From assembly GCA_965235115.1 (NCBI GenBank), contig OZ249438.1:32364001-32428000 (forward strand): a stretch of 64,000 nt of DNA. The letters are read 5' to 3'. Position numbers and translations under genes: made by a program. The notes under the pieces were generated by a model, which did no database searches, was not told the origin of the DNA, and worked only from the letters and a program-made list of their open reading frames with translations. This document shows positions 28,201 through 40,200 of the stretch, piece after piece. Every line of letters begins with the position of its first letter. The stretch's first letter is position 1. This DNA is from Laetmonice hystrix. Its lineage: Eukaryota.

Positions 28201-31200
28201 AAGAAGTATTTCAGCTTACAAAACACGATGAAGTTGAACATGAGTGGTTTTGCTCGACATGCCCAATGAAAGAGTGTAAACGGGAGAACAGAGATAGGCC
28301 TAGTGAATACATGTATTCGGCGTAGATATCAGGACAGTAATATACAGTGTCCCGAGTAAGCGTTATTGACCAGGGTTAGGTTGATGCCATGGTAAGCTTA
28401 TCTCACAGAAAACGACCTGCTGCAAATCTAGTATGAGGAGCAGGTCGCTATTGAAGGCCCCATGAATCATTCACCAGTACCGCCCACCACAACCCGGGTA
28501 CTCAGTAACGATCACCGGAGGAATCTGATAGCAGTTTCTCTGGATCATCCTACCCAGAAACTGTCTCCAGCTGGAGCCCTATCATCAGGAGATGACCCGC
28601 CGACCCTGGCCTTTGTGCCCCGACTTTACACGAGATCGGCCTGCAGACTCTTCCAATGAGTAAAGCCAGCCTAATGGCAGGCCTCCTGATATTGAAGTGT
28701 ACAGTCAGGCTCTGGAGGGTTTACGGGGCTATTGCCAGACAGGAGCGATCTAATTTGTTGCCACGTCGTGAGAATTGTGGTTAGGTTAATACAATAAGGT
28801 CATCACAAATTGACAGTTTCTTCTTGGCTGGTACCCCGGCACGTTAATCTTACCTCAGACCGACTACTATAATATATTATGGTGTACACACGTCGGTATA
28901 GAACTAGGGAACCAATTTGGAAAGCATTTTATCGAAGGAAATAAAGATTGGACAACATGCAAGAGGTGTTTGTAATCCTTGTCTGTGATTGCAGGATTCC
29001 ATGCAGATTTCGCGCATCTTTTAGATTTTAAGTGATAGCGTCACGAATAACCCTGATGGAGACATCGCCTACAGCCTCCAAATTGTTTCCAAAGCCGGAG
29101 GGCTGTAATGGAGTTAGAGGCATTGAGGCGAGGTTTGGAGCGTTCCGAAGGTCGTGGCTGTCCCGCGGGGAGGGAGCCAAGTGCTGCAGGTTATCACGGG
29201 TGTCTGGAACCATTACACTGCCGATAGGTAAATCTCCCCACCCACAAACGTACAACTAAAACGGATTAAAGGCGGGCCATCGGAGAGGTTATTATATGGA
29301 GTGACCCTGACTTGATACACACCCAGTTATGGTGTGTGTTTAGTAGAAGGTGAATGCTTTTTGAATGGATTGTCAGTGATCGTGCCACAGCACATGTTGT
29401 CTCTTTGTAACAGGTTGCTAGGTTACCGATCTATTCCAATCATTGGACGCCATATTTGATATTCAGCCCGGGCCTACATCTGCAGTTTCGTGGGATAAAT
29501 ATTAGGCGCAAGAGAGAGATAGAACTTGACATGCATTATAATCTGTTGCTAGGTAACCAGTGTATACGGCGCAGTGAGAGTGCTATAGGGCTGACCAGTA
29601 CAGCGTAATTCTGATGATACAGGGTCATTTTCTATTGGCACTGCTCATGATCAGAATATTCATAGACACGTTTAACACAGGCACGGCCATAAATGGTCCA
29701 GGCAGAATTTATACGACACAGACGAGATGGGAATAAGGACCTTCCGAATGGTTCACCGACAGAGGCTGGCAGGCAGACTGAGTGTGGCCTACCGATAAGC
29801 TCTCACCCTTCTCATTCGTATGGAAGAATACAAAGAGGACTGTATAGATTTGATTTGTCTTCTGTCAAAGAGAAAGTCAGTAGGTTCTGTGAATACCTCA
29901 ATATTTGTGCATATAAAAGTTTAGTTGATTCACAGTACTTTCGTGCGGAAATGCGGACTTGAAGATATAATTATGGGGAAAAGATTGTGGAAGGCCTGCG
30001 TTGGGAGAGATGAAGGAATGCTAGAGAGACAGCCGTTTCTTCGAAGCGTGGATGGTCTTCCCTAGGTACGTCTGAGCCCTGTGTCAGTAAAATCTTCCTA
30101 TTATCGAAGACACACTTGGGAATGGCCAGTTAGAAGATTCCCACAACTGTGCCAGAATGCATTAAGTCAGGCCTCACAGACCCTAATTCCACTCCGAGCA
30201 GATAATCCATTTGTCCGTCGTATAATCTCACTGAGTGCGTCTAACGTGCCTGGGGAATGCTCAGACTTGATGTCCATTGTTCCTAATGTGAAGTCATCAA
30301 AATGTTTCTGACCGATACAATATGCTATATTGAAATGCTTTCGTCTATTGCTGTATTTTCTATCCTCGGACATTGCGACAATGACCAAATACAATGACAA
30401 CAGAACTTCAGAGAAAGGATTTGGTAAGATGATGTAAACCAGCGGTAACGCTGACGTCGAGCCAGGATAAATAAAGGGGGAAAAATTCATGAAAGGATTG
30501 GTTGCGCAGCCGTAGCCGCCTTTGGCCAGCGAGCCAGACGGTGACAGAACAGTTTAGCCAATCAGTGTGAGCCCATCCCGAGGGTCTGTCGGGGACTGAA
30601 GTGTTATCTGGAAAGCTGGCCCAGGTAGATGATCAGACAGCACGCTGCCCTCAGACCTACGGCCCAGGCACCAATCGGTAGGAAAGCTGGCCCAGGATGA
30701 TGATCAGACAGCGCCCTGCCCTCAGACCTGGCCCAAGTAAATGATCAGACAGCACGCTGCCCTCACACCTACGGCCCAGGGACCACTCAGTAGGAAAGCT
30801 GGCCCAGGTAAATGATCAGACAGCACGCTGCCCTCAGACTTACGGCCCAGGGACCACTCAGTATAGGACAGCGGGCCCAGGGAGATGATCAGACAGCACG
30901 CTGCCCTCAGACCTACGACCCAGGGACCACTCAGTAGGAAAGTGTGCCCAAGTAGATGATCAGACAGTGCCCTGCCCTCAGACCTACGGCCCAGGGACCA
31001 CTCAGTAGGAAAGCTGGCCCAGGTAGATGATCAGACAGTGCCCTGCCCTCAGACCTACGGCCCAGGGACCAATCGGTAGGAAAGCTGGCCCAGGTAGATG
31101 ATCAGACAGTACGCTGCCCTCAGACCTACGGACCAGGGCCACTCAGTAGGAAAGCTGGCCCAGGTAGATGATCAGACAGCACGCTGCCCTCAGACCTACG

Positions 31201-34200
31201 GCCCAGGGACCACTCAGTAGGAAAGCTGGCCCAGGTAGATGATCAGACAGCACGCTGCCCTCAGACCTACGGCCCAGGGACCACTCAGTAGGAAAGCTGG
31301 CCGAGGTAGATCATCAGACAGCACCCTGCCGTCAGACCTACGGCCCAGGGACCACTCAGTAGGAAAGCTGGCCCAGGTAGATGATCAGACAGCACGCTGC
31401 CCTCAGACCTACGGCCCAGGGACCACTCAGTAGGAAAGCTGGCCGAGGTAGATCATCAGACAGCACCCTGCCATCAGACCTACGGCTCAGGGACCACTCA
31501 GTATAGGACAGCGGGCCCAGGTAGATGATCAGACAGCACGCTGCCCTTAGACCTACGACCCAGAGACCACTCAGTAGGATAGATGGCCCAGATGTCAGCA
31601 GCATCCATCTCATGACATTGTGATTTCTCAACGTGGACGGATGGGGGAATCCCCCCCCCCCACACACACACACAGGGGAGGCGTTTACCCAACAGTCTCA
31701 GAGAGCTATGATCCTCAGTCCACAGGAGATTTTGTGAATATTCTCCTTTTTAATTGTCGAGTGAATGATCTCAAGACGGCGGTATTCCGGATAAAAATAA
31801 TATCAAATCTCAACAATTTGATATCTGTGTGTCGGTAATTATCTCAATGGCTTGGACTCATATTTGCGGCCGTAATTAAATGAAAAAATTGGTTCAAAGA
31901 TTTTTTTGCCGTCAGTAATAAGTACAATGTAATTTAAGACGTTGATACAGAGAAAGAAATCTGAGATGTATGGCCATTGTTTGTACGGTCCTTCATGATC
32001 TCATTTACCAGAGATGTAATATGATAACGTTCACAGCGGTGTGTGTCTGTGAGAGACAGGAACGATCTGCACAGCGTATGTTTGGCCGTACTGCGGTCAG
32101 ATAAATGACAAGGAATCAAGCAGAGATTTTGATATTCATTGTATTTATTTTAATATATCCCTGTGTAAGATGTCCCTGAACGGTCGTGTTGGCATTTCAG
32201 TGTTTCTGCGATGCAGTCGTTGACTTATTATTCATGGTACCAAGGATATATTTACCGTAGATGAATTATCCTTGATGGTACCCTATATTGCAGTATATAT
32301 GGCGTACAGTAACCACAGCTCTCATAGCTGTTTATTATCACTTACACAGGTATATTATTAATGAGATGGTTGTGTGGTTGTCATTACAGGAGCAGGAGGA
32401 CCCTAACTCTGCCAGCTGGCCCGACTACTACATAGAGCAGGTCAACACAATGTCTGGTGTAAGTATCTCTGACGTGTAATCTCAATTATACACCTTCAAT
32501 AAACAATTTCTTCCATATGACCGGGGTTCTTTCAGATCAGAACTGTCTAGGTTTTGTAAACGTAAGGATGTAACCCTTGATTGATAACTTTTTAACACTA
32601 ACTTTTTAGTGGATTTACATATTTTCGATACATGTAATTGACAGGTAACATTCATAACCGTATTCAGTATAAGGTTATGATATTTTCACTTTAACATTTT
32701 ACAAGGAGGTAATTATGTTTCCCGACAACAGAGCGCTGTTCGGAGTTCCTAGTGTTGCTACTAGGGGGCGACCACACACATTATGTGGACATGTATGTTG
32801 CGGGGTATTGTGTATATCCACCAGGTGGCGGCACTGTTCTATTCGGACATAGTCTGTCACCAGGTGGTCTTCCCATACAGAGAGCATGCAGAGCCAAGCC
32901 TTATATCTTTAGTGTGCATAAAAAATGCTGACCAAGATATCTGATGGGACCCGAACTTTTTTTGGTCAAATTAAAACAATTTTGTTCACAAGATTTATGA
33001 CAAGATGATGAGACCGCTAACAGCCTGTTCACAGAGAAATGAATTTCTCCCTCTAATTATATTATTATTTAAGCCAAAGGGAATGGTCAAAACACAGGTT
33101 TTCAGTGCAAGTTCAGCAACCCCCCCCCCCCCCCAATAGTTCACTGTTGGCAACTTTTGATCTGACGAATCAAGATACCGTAAGAAAAACAATTCTCTAT
33201 TATGAGCACTTGTGAGAGTTTCTCCACGCGCAGGTTCCAGGTCTGGGGAGTAGGGGGTGGGGCGGGGGTGGGGGTGTGTTCACAATGGACCACCTACCTG
33301 TGAACCACGTGTCGGAGAGTGACTCACCCCCCCCCCCCCCCGCCATACGTAACGACCCCAAGGGTTCACGAGGTCTGTAATCACCCTCAGGTACTCCGTA
33401 TCAGGTTTCCTCACTGACCCTCAGGCTGGTCCTCCCCTGACTCTGGTCAAAAGGTGACCACTGGCCAGCCCTCTGGCCCCAAGGGTTGGCTTATTTGGGG
33501 TAGGATTATTTGACGGTTAATCCGCCGTACAACGGTACAGCTTCCAGGTCTGGGGAGTAGGGACGGGGGTTACCAGGACAAAAAAAAACCGTAAAAATCA
33601 TCGAGTACCAAAAAAATGTGCCAAGGATAGAAGTGGTATAGTGGTGTAGTGAATGTTATATAATGAGAGTGGGAGGGTTAAAGTCTGACATCCTTCCCTG
33701 ACGTGGTCCTCTCGATCAGCACCAGGTGGCGCTCTGCCCATCTTCACCATCACCCAGTAATTGTTTTGTTTAATCAGTGGATGTTTCGGCGCTCTTTGTT
33801 CTCATCAAATTAATGACAATTATGCCTCCAGTAACTGAATGAGCCAGTCTGTCAAGAATGTAACAGATGGTGTGAAAGAAGAAGTGTTTGTATAAAGTCA
33901 TCATGAACAGCTATAGGCTTGTGATTTCATGGATATTGTGGATACCTGTTGAGCGATCACAAGATGCTTGTTTAGAAATAAGATTCTGATGTTTAGTGTG
34001 TTTGTGTTTTCTTGAAGGTCTATTTTGCCCATGATGATGAGGAGGTACAGACAAGGGTGAAGCTGGTGGACAGCCTGAAGACAGCGTTACGGACACAACC
34101 AATGAGGTACGGGTTAATATAATACATTACACCATATTGTGGCTTTATGAGATCAGTATCTATAGTCTACCATGACTACGTGAGCCAGTATTCAAGCCAA

Positions 34201-37200
34201 AGGTTGAAATTAAACTGAAGAAGATTTTACTGTTTCTGGATTTTTATGAAGATAGAAGAATAGAAAATGTAAATGTAATCCTTGCCGGGTACCGGGGCAT
34301 TTAAAGCCCCATTTGAATGCTGAAAAATGTGTATAGGGTTCCCGGTTGAGTCACTGATGTCTCAACAGTTGTACAGGGTTTGTTTTGACCTTTAGGTCAA
34401 CCTGGGTCACCTTAGATCTTTACCACCCCATGTCTACATCCGGTAGGATTTTCACTGACGTACGGAAATTTTCAGCACGTTTTCAGGATTTTCAGCACGT
34501 TACTTTTAATAAGGTCAACTTCAATGCTAAAAAAGAAGAAGAAAAATTATGAATAAAATAAATGGCCTGATAGGGATATTAGAAGACTGTAGAACCTGCA
34601 CCATGAAGATGTTAAAATTGGTGGCGATACTTTTAAATTTAGTGTGAAGTTAAGTATGCCTGTGATTTACAGACTTTGACCTGTAGGTCTGATTAAACAG
34701 TCTCCAAGGTATGGGTAGTCAGGCCTGAGGTTGGGTGGGCCAGTTTAATGTTCTGTGACCAAACGTAGGGCACGTGACCAAAGGTAGGGAAACTGATCCC
34801 TCACCATTGCTGGACATCCTGCCGGAGATCTGCGACTCTGGACGGGCCAGGGTCCTTCCAAATCTACCTGTATGTGGCTATACTTGGATATATACGAGAT
34901 AGAGTCTAAATCGCCCTTCAGATCACAGAGCTGTGGACGTTATATACTGGCATTATTGATTGATTATTGTCAGAGAATCATTAAACATAGCTCAGACGGT
35001 GAAGGTGACCGATTGTGGCGGTGCCGATGTTAGACTGAGGTATTCGTCCTCCCCAAGGCTTCCTGAGGCCTCAAGCCATCACAGATCGCTTAGACCACAC
35101 AGCTCCATCAGGATGTGGGTATGGGTGAGGTAACCCTCTGGCACGTACTCCAGGGTACCTAGGTATGCCCCGTCAGGTATGGCATTGAGATATTACACCT
35201 GGTGTGGAACACCTAACGTATCCCTCTGACAGCCACCTGCTAACGGTATACAACGACCTGCCAGCGGGATCAAGGATACAACCGGGGTGTGTGCTTACCG
35301 GCAGGTTCTATCACATAGCACTTCATGGCACGTGTCTCACAACAACCAACTCAGGTGGTGCATGCAACTTATGACATCAACTAGCAGCAGCCCAGTGCAG
35401 CATCTGCACGAATTTAATTATAATTCGACGCTGGACTTTTTGTTCTGATATATCTGGAGTATCATTCACTATGTATTCGAGGTGAGTATGGTAATCCCTA
35501 AGATTTGATTTCAGGGGGATTTACTAGTATAATAAATGTATAATAGTCTCATGACAAGAATCGTACTAATTGTGGTGTGATGTGTTATGTACTTGCAGCT
35601 TTGTCATTCGGTTCATTGAGTTGGACGGCTTACAATGTCTGGTGAACTTTCTCTCCAACATGGACTACAAGACTGCCCACAGTCCAATACACACGTCAGT
35701 GATTGGCTGTATCAAGGCTCTCATGAACAACACAGTAAGTGGCAGAGACCTATTCAAACAAGCTTGCCTATAATTAGCAAGCGTCTTGACTTGTTTTTCA
35801 AGGAGATTGAGCTAATCCCCTCAACCACCGCCAGTAGATCTATAGCATGTACCGGTATTCTATAAAGAGGATATATGGTTTGCTCATGGTTTGACCTCTT
35901 GTTGTGGGACATGGTTCCAGGCCGCTTTCAGTTCCAGATTTGCAGGCCTTCAGTTTGATTGTTAGGTTTGGAGGCCAAGAACTCAAACACTCATCTCGCC
36001 GTCATGATCAGTTAAAGACCAAAACATTGTCACAAGTAATTAATCTGATCTTGGGACTCAGAGTAATTGGATTGTCCTGTCTCTCACATTGCCGTAGGGT
36101 GGTTCCACCTCTCACCTACTAAGTGTCTTCATAATATTTGTTTCTAAACCTCCCAGTCTCAGACAATTTAACATAGTCGTGACTATTGCGCAGTGTTTTA
36201 AGTAAGTGCTGGTTATCCTCAGGGCAGTTGGTGTTTCGGGGCAGGTATAAAGTCACTGTGAAGGACGCGGTGGGTTGAAGGGAGGCCGCTAGGTGTCGCC
36301 CACCCGCCCATCCGCCCGCCAGACAGACTAGTCCTTCGAATTGGGTGCTCTGAGGCAGGATGAATAAACATGTATGGGTTTGGGTCACTTGGCAGCAACC
36401 CAAACACTTACATGAGCAAATCACTGTGCCGTGTCCAATGAGATCAAGAGTCGGCTGTAATGTTGTGTGTTTTAATTACATGTCATAATGTTAATTAGAT
36501 AAAACCTTGCCCAAGGTGTTGAGAGTGAAAGAAACATCTGCTGAAAATTGACAAGATAAAACAATGCGATGAGTTACTGTCTATTTATGTATGGATCGAT
36601 GATAGAAACATCATATTTGTTTCTGTGTATAGAAATTATTCCTTCTATTATATAGGCAACCGGGGTGAAATTATTGAGTTTAAGAAAAGGAACGGGGCCT
36701 GAGGTTGAGTGTTTGCCGACAATAGGATATTGATAAAGTATTAATCCGTTACACTCGATAGACAACTGCCGTCACTTTAGATGTGTTTGGGAAGTAAAAA
36801 CACATACAAATACCCCCTACTATAATACTGTATGCATGATTTTGACCCTTGACGTTTGCAGCAAGGGCGGGCGCACGTATTGGCTCACCCGACGGGTATA
36901 GACACGATCGCTCAGAGTCTGGCCACAGACAACATCAAGGCCAAGGTGGCCGTCCTTGAGATGCTCGGCGCAGTCTGCCTGGTACCCGGTGGTCACAAGA
37001 AAGTTCTCCATGCCATGTGTCACTATCAGAAATACGCGGGAGAAAGGACCCGCTTCCAGGTAAATCACACACCTCAACTTAAATTCTCATAATCAAATGG
37101 ATTCAATTTCATTATCTTTTTCATAGGAAACTATATTTCTTTTATATCTAAGTAAAAGTTAGCATCGTAGCTCAACACCAAAAGGTAACCGTTATACCAG

Positions 37201-40200
37201 ACGATCCCTAGATTCAGTAATCCATTGAAAGGCCTAGACACTACGAGCTGTAGCCCTCCTTGAAGTCTTGTACATACTGCCAGTTTGATTTTACTGCGAG
37301 TATTGATTTAAATCAAAAGGTTAAATTAATCCTGTGTTATGGAAAAGGATTTTTTTCTGCGCCAAGCGACAGCTTGAGCAGTGTGAAGTGATAACTGCAG
37401 CCTGTGATTGCTAGGCTCCGTATCATCTTTACCCGTTAAATCTCAGAGAAAGAAAAAGTAAAAATCAACCTCTGGAAAGATAGATTAAAGAAGCGAAGTG
37501 TATTTCTGTCCGTTTTGAGTGCAGCGTGTGTTTGTTTCAGACGTTGATCAATGATCTCGACCGTGACACGGGGATTTACAAGGACGAGGTGAACCTGAAG
37601 ACGGCCATCGTCTCCTTCATCAACGCCGCACTCAAATACAGCCCAGGACAGGTAGGTCAATTAACTAATCCACTCATTGCGAACTCCGCACTCAAATACA
37701 GCCCAGGACAGGTAGGTCAATTAACTAATCAACTCATTGCGAACTCCGCACTCAAATACAGCCCAGGACAGGTAGGTCAATTAACTAATCAACTCATTGC
37801 GAACCCCGCACTCAAATACAGCCCAGGACAGGTAGGTCAATTAACTAATCAACTCATTGCGAACTCCGCACTCAAATACAGCCCAGGACAGGTATAGGTC
37901 AGTTAACTAATCAACTCACTGCGAGCCAACGAAATATAATTAACCTCTCAACTTGGGACTTGTTGAAAACAAAACAGCTTTATCAGAAATTCACTTATAA
38001 TGAATTGACTTTATAATGACACTCAGTACATTCACTGTGGTTTCAAAAGCAAGAACAATTGCGTTCTTTAGGGGTTGGCTTTTGTTGAGTTTATACTCGG
38101 AAAGAAGATAGATTGATAAGTAGTCTCATTAGAACAGAAAGCGCAATAAACAGCAATGATTAGAGAAAAAAACTTCCGTGTACTGTATATCAGGTATTTT
38201 TTGCGTGTGCTTTAATTTCGCGATTTTCGCGTTTTGCAAAGAAACGCAAAATTAAGAAACACCAAATAACATTTGGAACTGAAGTCACGGCGTGGCGGAT
38301 TCTCCCAAATGCCAATTTAAGAAACGCCAAACCAGCTCAAAATGAAAAAAACGCGAAATTTTAATCATGCGAAATTAAAGTGATTTACAGAGTATGTATT
38401 TTTCTTTTGAAATGCACGGGCATCAGGGGTAACCCAATTACTTTGACAATGTCCCTAAAGAGAAAAGTTGTATAGTCCTCTACAGGAATCGAACCCAGGC
38501 CCTAAGATTACTGCACCCATTCGCATAGCATAAGGTGTTGACGTGTTCAGCATCCTCTATAGTAGTTACATACATATACATACGGGGAGTCCCCCATCGC
38601 CTCGACCAGGGCAGAAGTACTGACCTCAGACTAAGAGGTTTTCTGGGAACACACGACAAGAGAATGACTTTGAGAGTTAGGATGCACCATACACCAAGCC
38701 TGGCAGGCCACTGTTACGGCGCCGGGAACCAATAAAACCATGTACAGGCTCGAACATGGTTGGAGGCCGAATCGTGACACTTGGCCGTACCATGTCTCCA
38801 CTGTGAGCAAGGTGCGTGCCAGACATGCCGGGGATACTCTGTGACAGTTGTAGTAGGAGGTGGCGCCTGTCGTGGGAGGGAGGGAGGGAGGGGGAGGGCG
38901 TAATGAAGGAGGCGCTGATGACAGTGTGGGTATATCCTCGACTGGAGGCGAACCGTCCTCACATAGAGTGATGATCAAGTGAAACATGAAGCAAGTCGGC
39001 TATAACACGGACCACGGCTGGCTCCACTCTGATCAGGTATTCTTGTCATACCTTGTTACATGTCAGGTCACCGAGAGGGGTTTTTATCTGGTGGCTGGGG
39101 GGGGGGTGATTGAACGTGCTGGGGTGTGGCGCTGGAACAAAAACAGATCAAGACTGATGCGGAGGCGGAGGTGTGTATGAGGGATGAAGAGGTAGTCACA
39201 AATATTACTTACTTGGGGGACGTTTGGGGATATGCACATGTCCAATCACGTGTTTTGAAGAACTATTAGTGTTGTCTTTTATTATTGACGAATTTTGTGT
39301 TTTTTGTTTCAGAATCACTTGGAATTTCGTCTTCACTTACGGTATGAGTTTCTCATGCTTGGGATACAACCAATCATCGAGAAACTTAGGAAACATGATA
39401 ATGTCACGTTGGAAAGGTAAGTTTGGGTCGCGGTTTTATATTAGTTAGGTATCTAGACTTATCAACAATACATTTTTGGGTTTTCGATACCAAAAACTAG
39501 GAATGGATTGAGGAATGCACCAGGAAAAGTTATCATTCAAAAGGATGCAATATCTTTTTAGTGTTGTGTGATCCCAGCTGAGAAAATGATTTTTGCCAAA
39601 CAAATCGTCTATGCCATGTTTGACATAAAACCGTACCTTCAGTTTTCACTATAACTATTTATATGACATCCTTTGGTGCTCCGTTTTAAACAATTATATG
39701 TTGTGTCATTGAACTAAAGGCAAAAGGTAAAACTACATGTAGTAGGATTCCTTAGTGGCTGAGGTTTATATATATATATTTTTTTTTGTTGAGGGGGGGG
39801 GGGTACAATTTATTGAACCGGTTAGTTAGATTGATAAGACAAACATGTACATGACTTGTTGAATAAGGTTGGATTCGGTTTGAAAAGTTTGAATGCTAAG
39901 TGAGGTTGAGACAGAGGTTACATTGACAAATTCCAATTGTGTGACGGCCCAATACTTGGGAGGGCATTACTCGTGATGCCTTGAGGCGTCAGTGGTCTGA
40001 AGGAGGTGAGATGGCAATGTTGACTACGGCAGCAGCCAGCTCTGCCCAGCTCCCCGTGGTATTCTAGGTAGGCGCCCCCGGCGAATAGGTCAACTCATTG
40101 TGCATACATTGCGAGGATTGTGTCTTGGGTCCCTAAGAAATCTATTTCTCCCCCTAACCGTGACACCGTGTCGTCGTTTCCATGGATACATTTTCAATTC

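Noticed and set aside
12558-37920. Regular repeats as CRISPR arrays
   Set aside because: Units are contiguous with no unique spacers, there are no cas genes, and the context is eukaryotic introns.
38440-38536. Functional tRNA gene
   Set aside because: B-box only; no cloverleaf or intact A-box.
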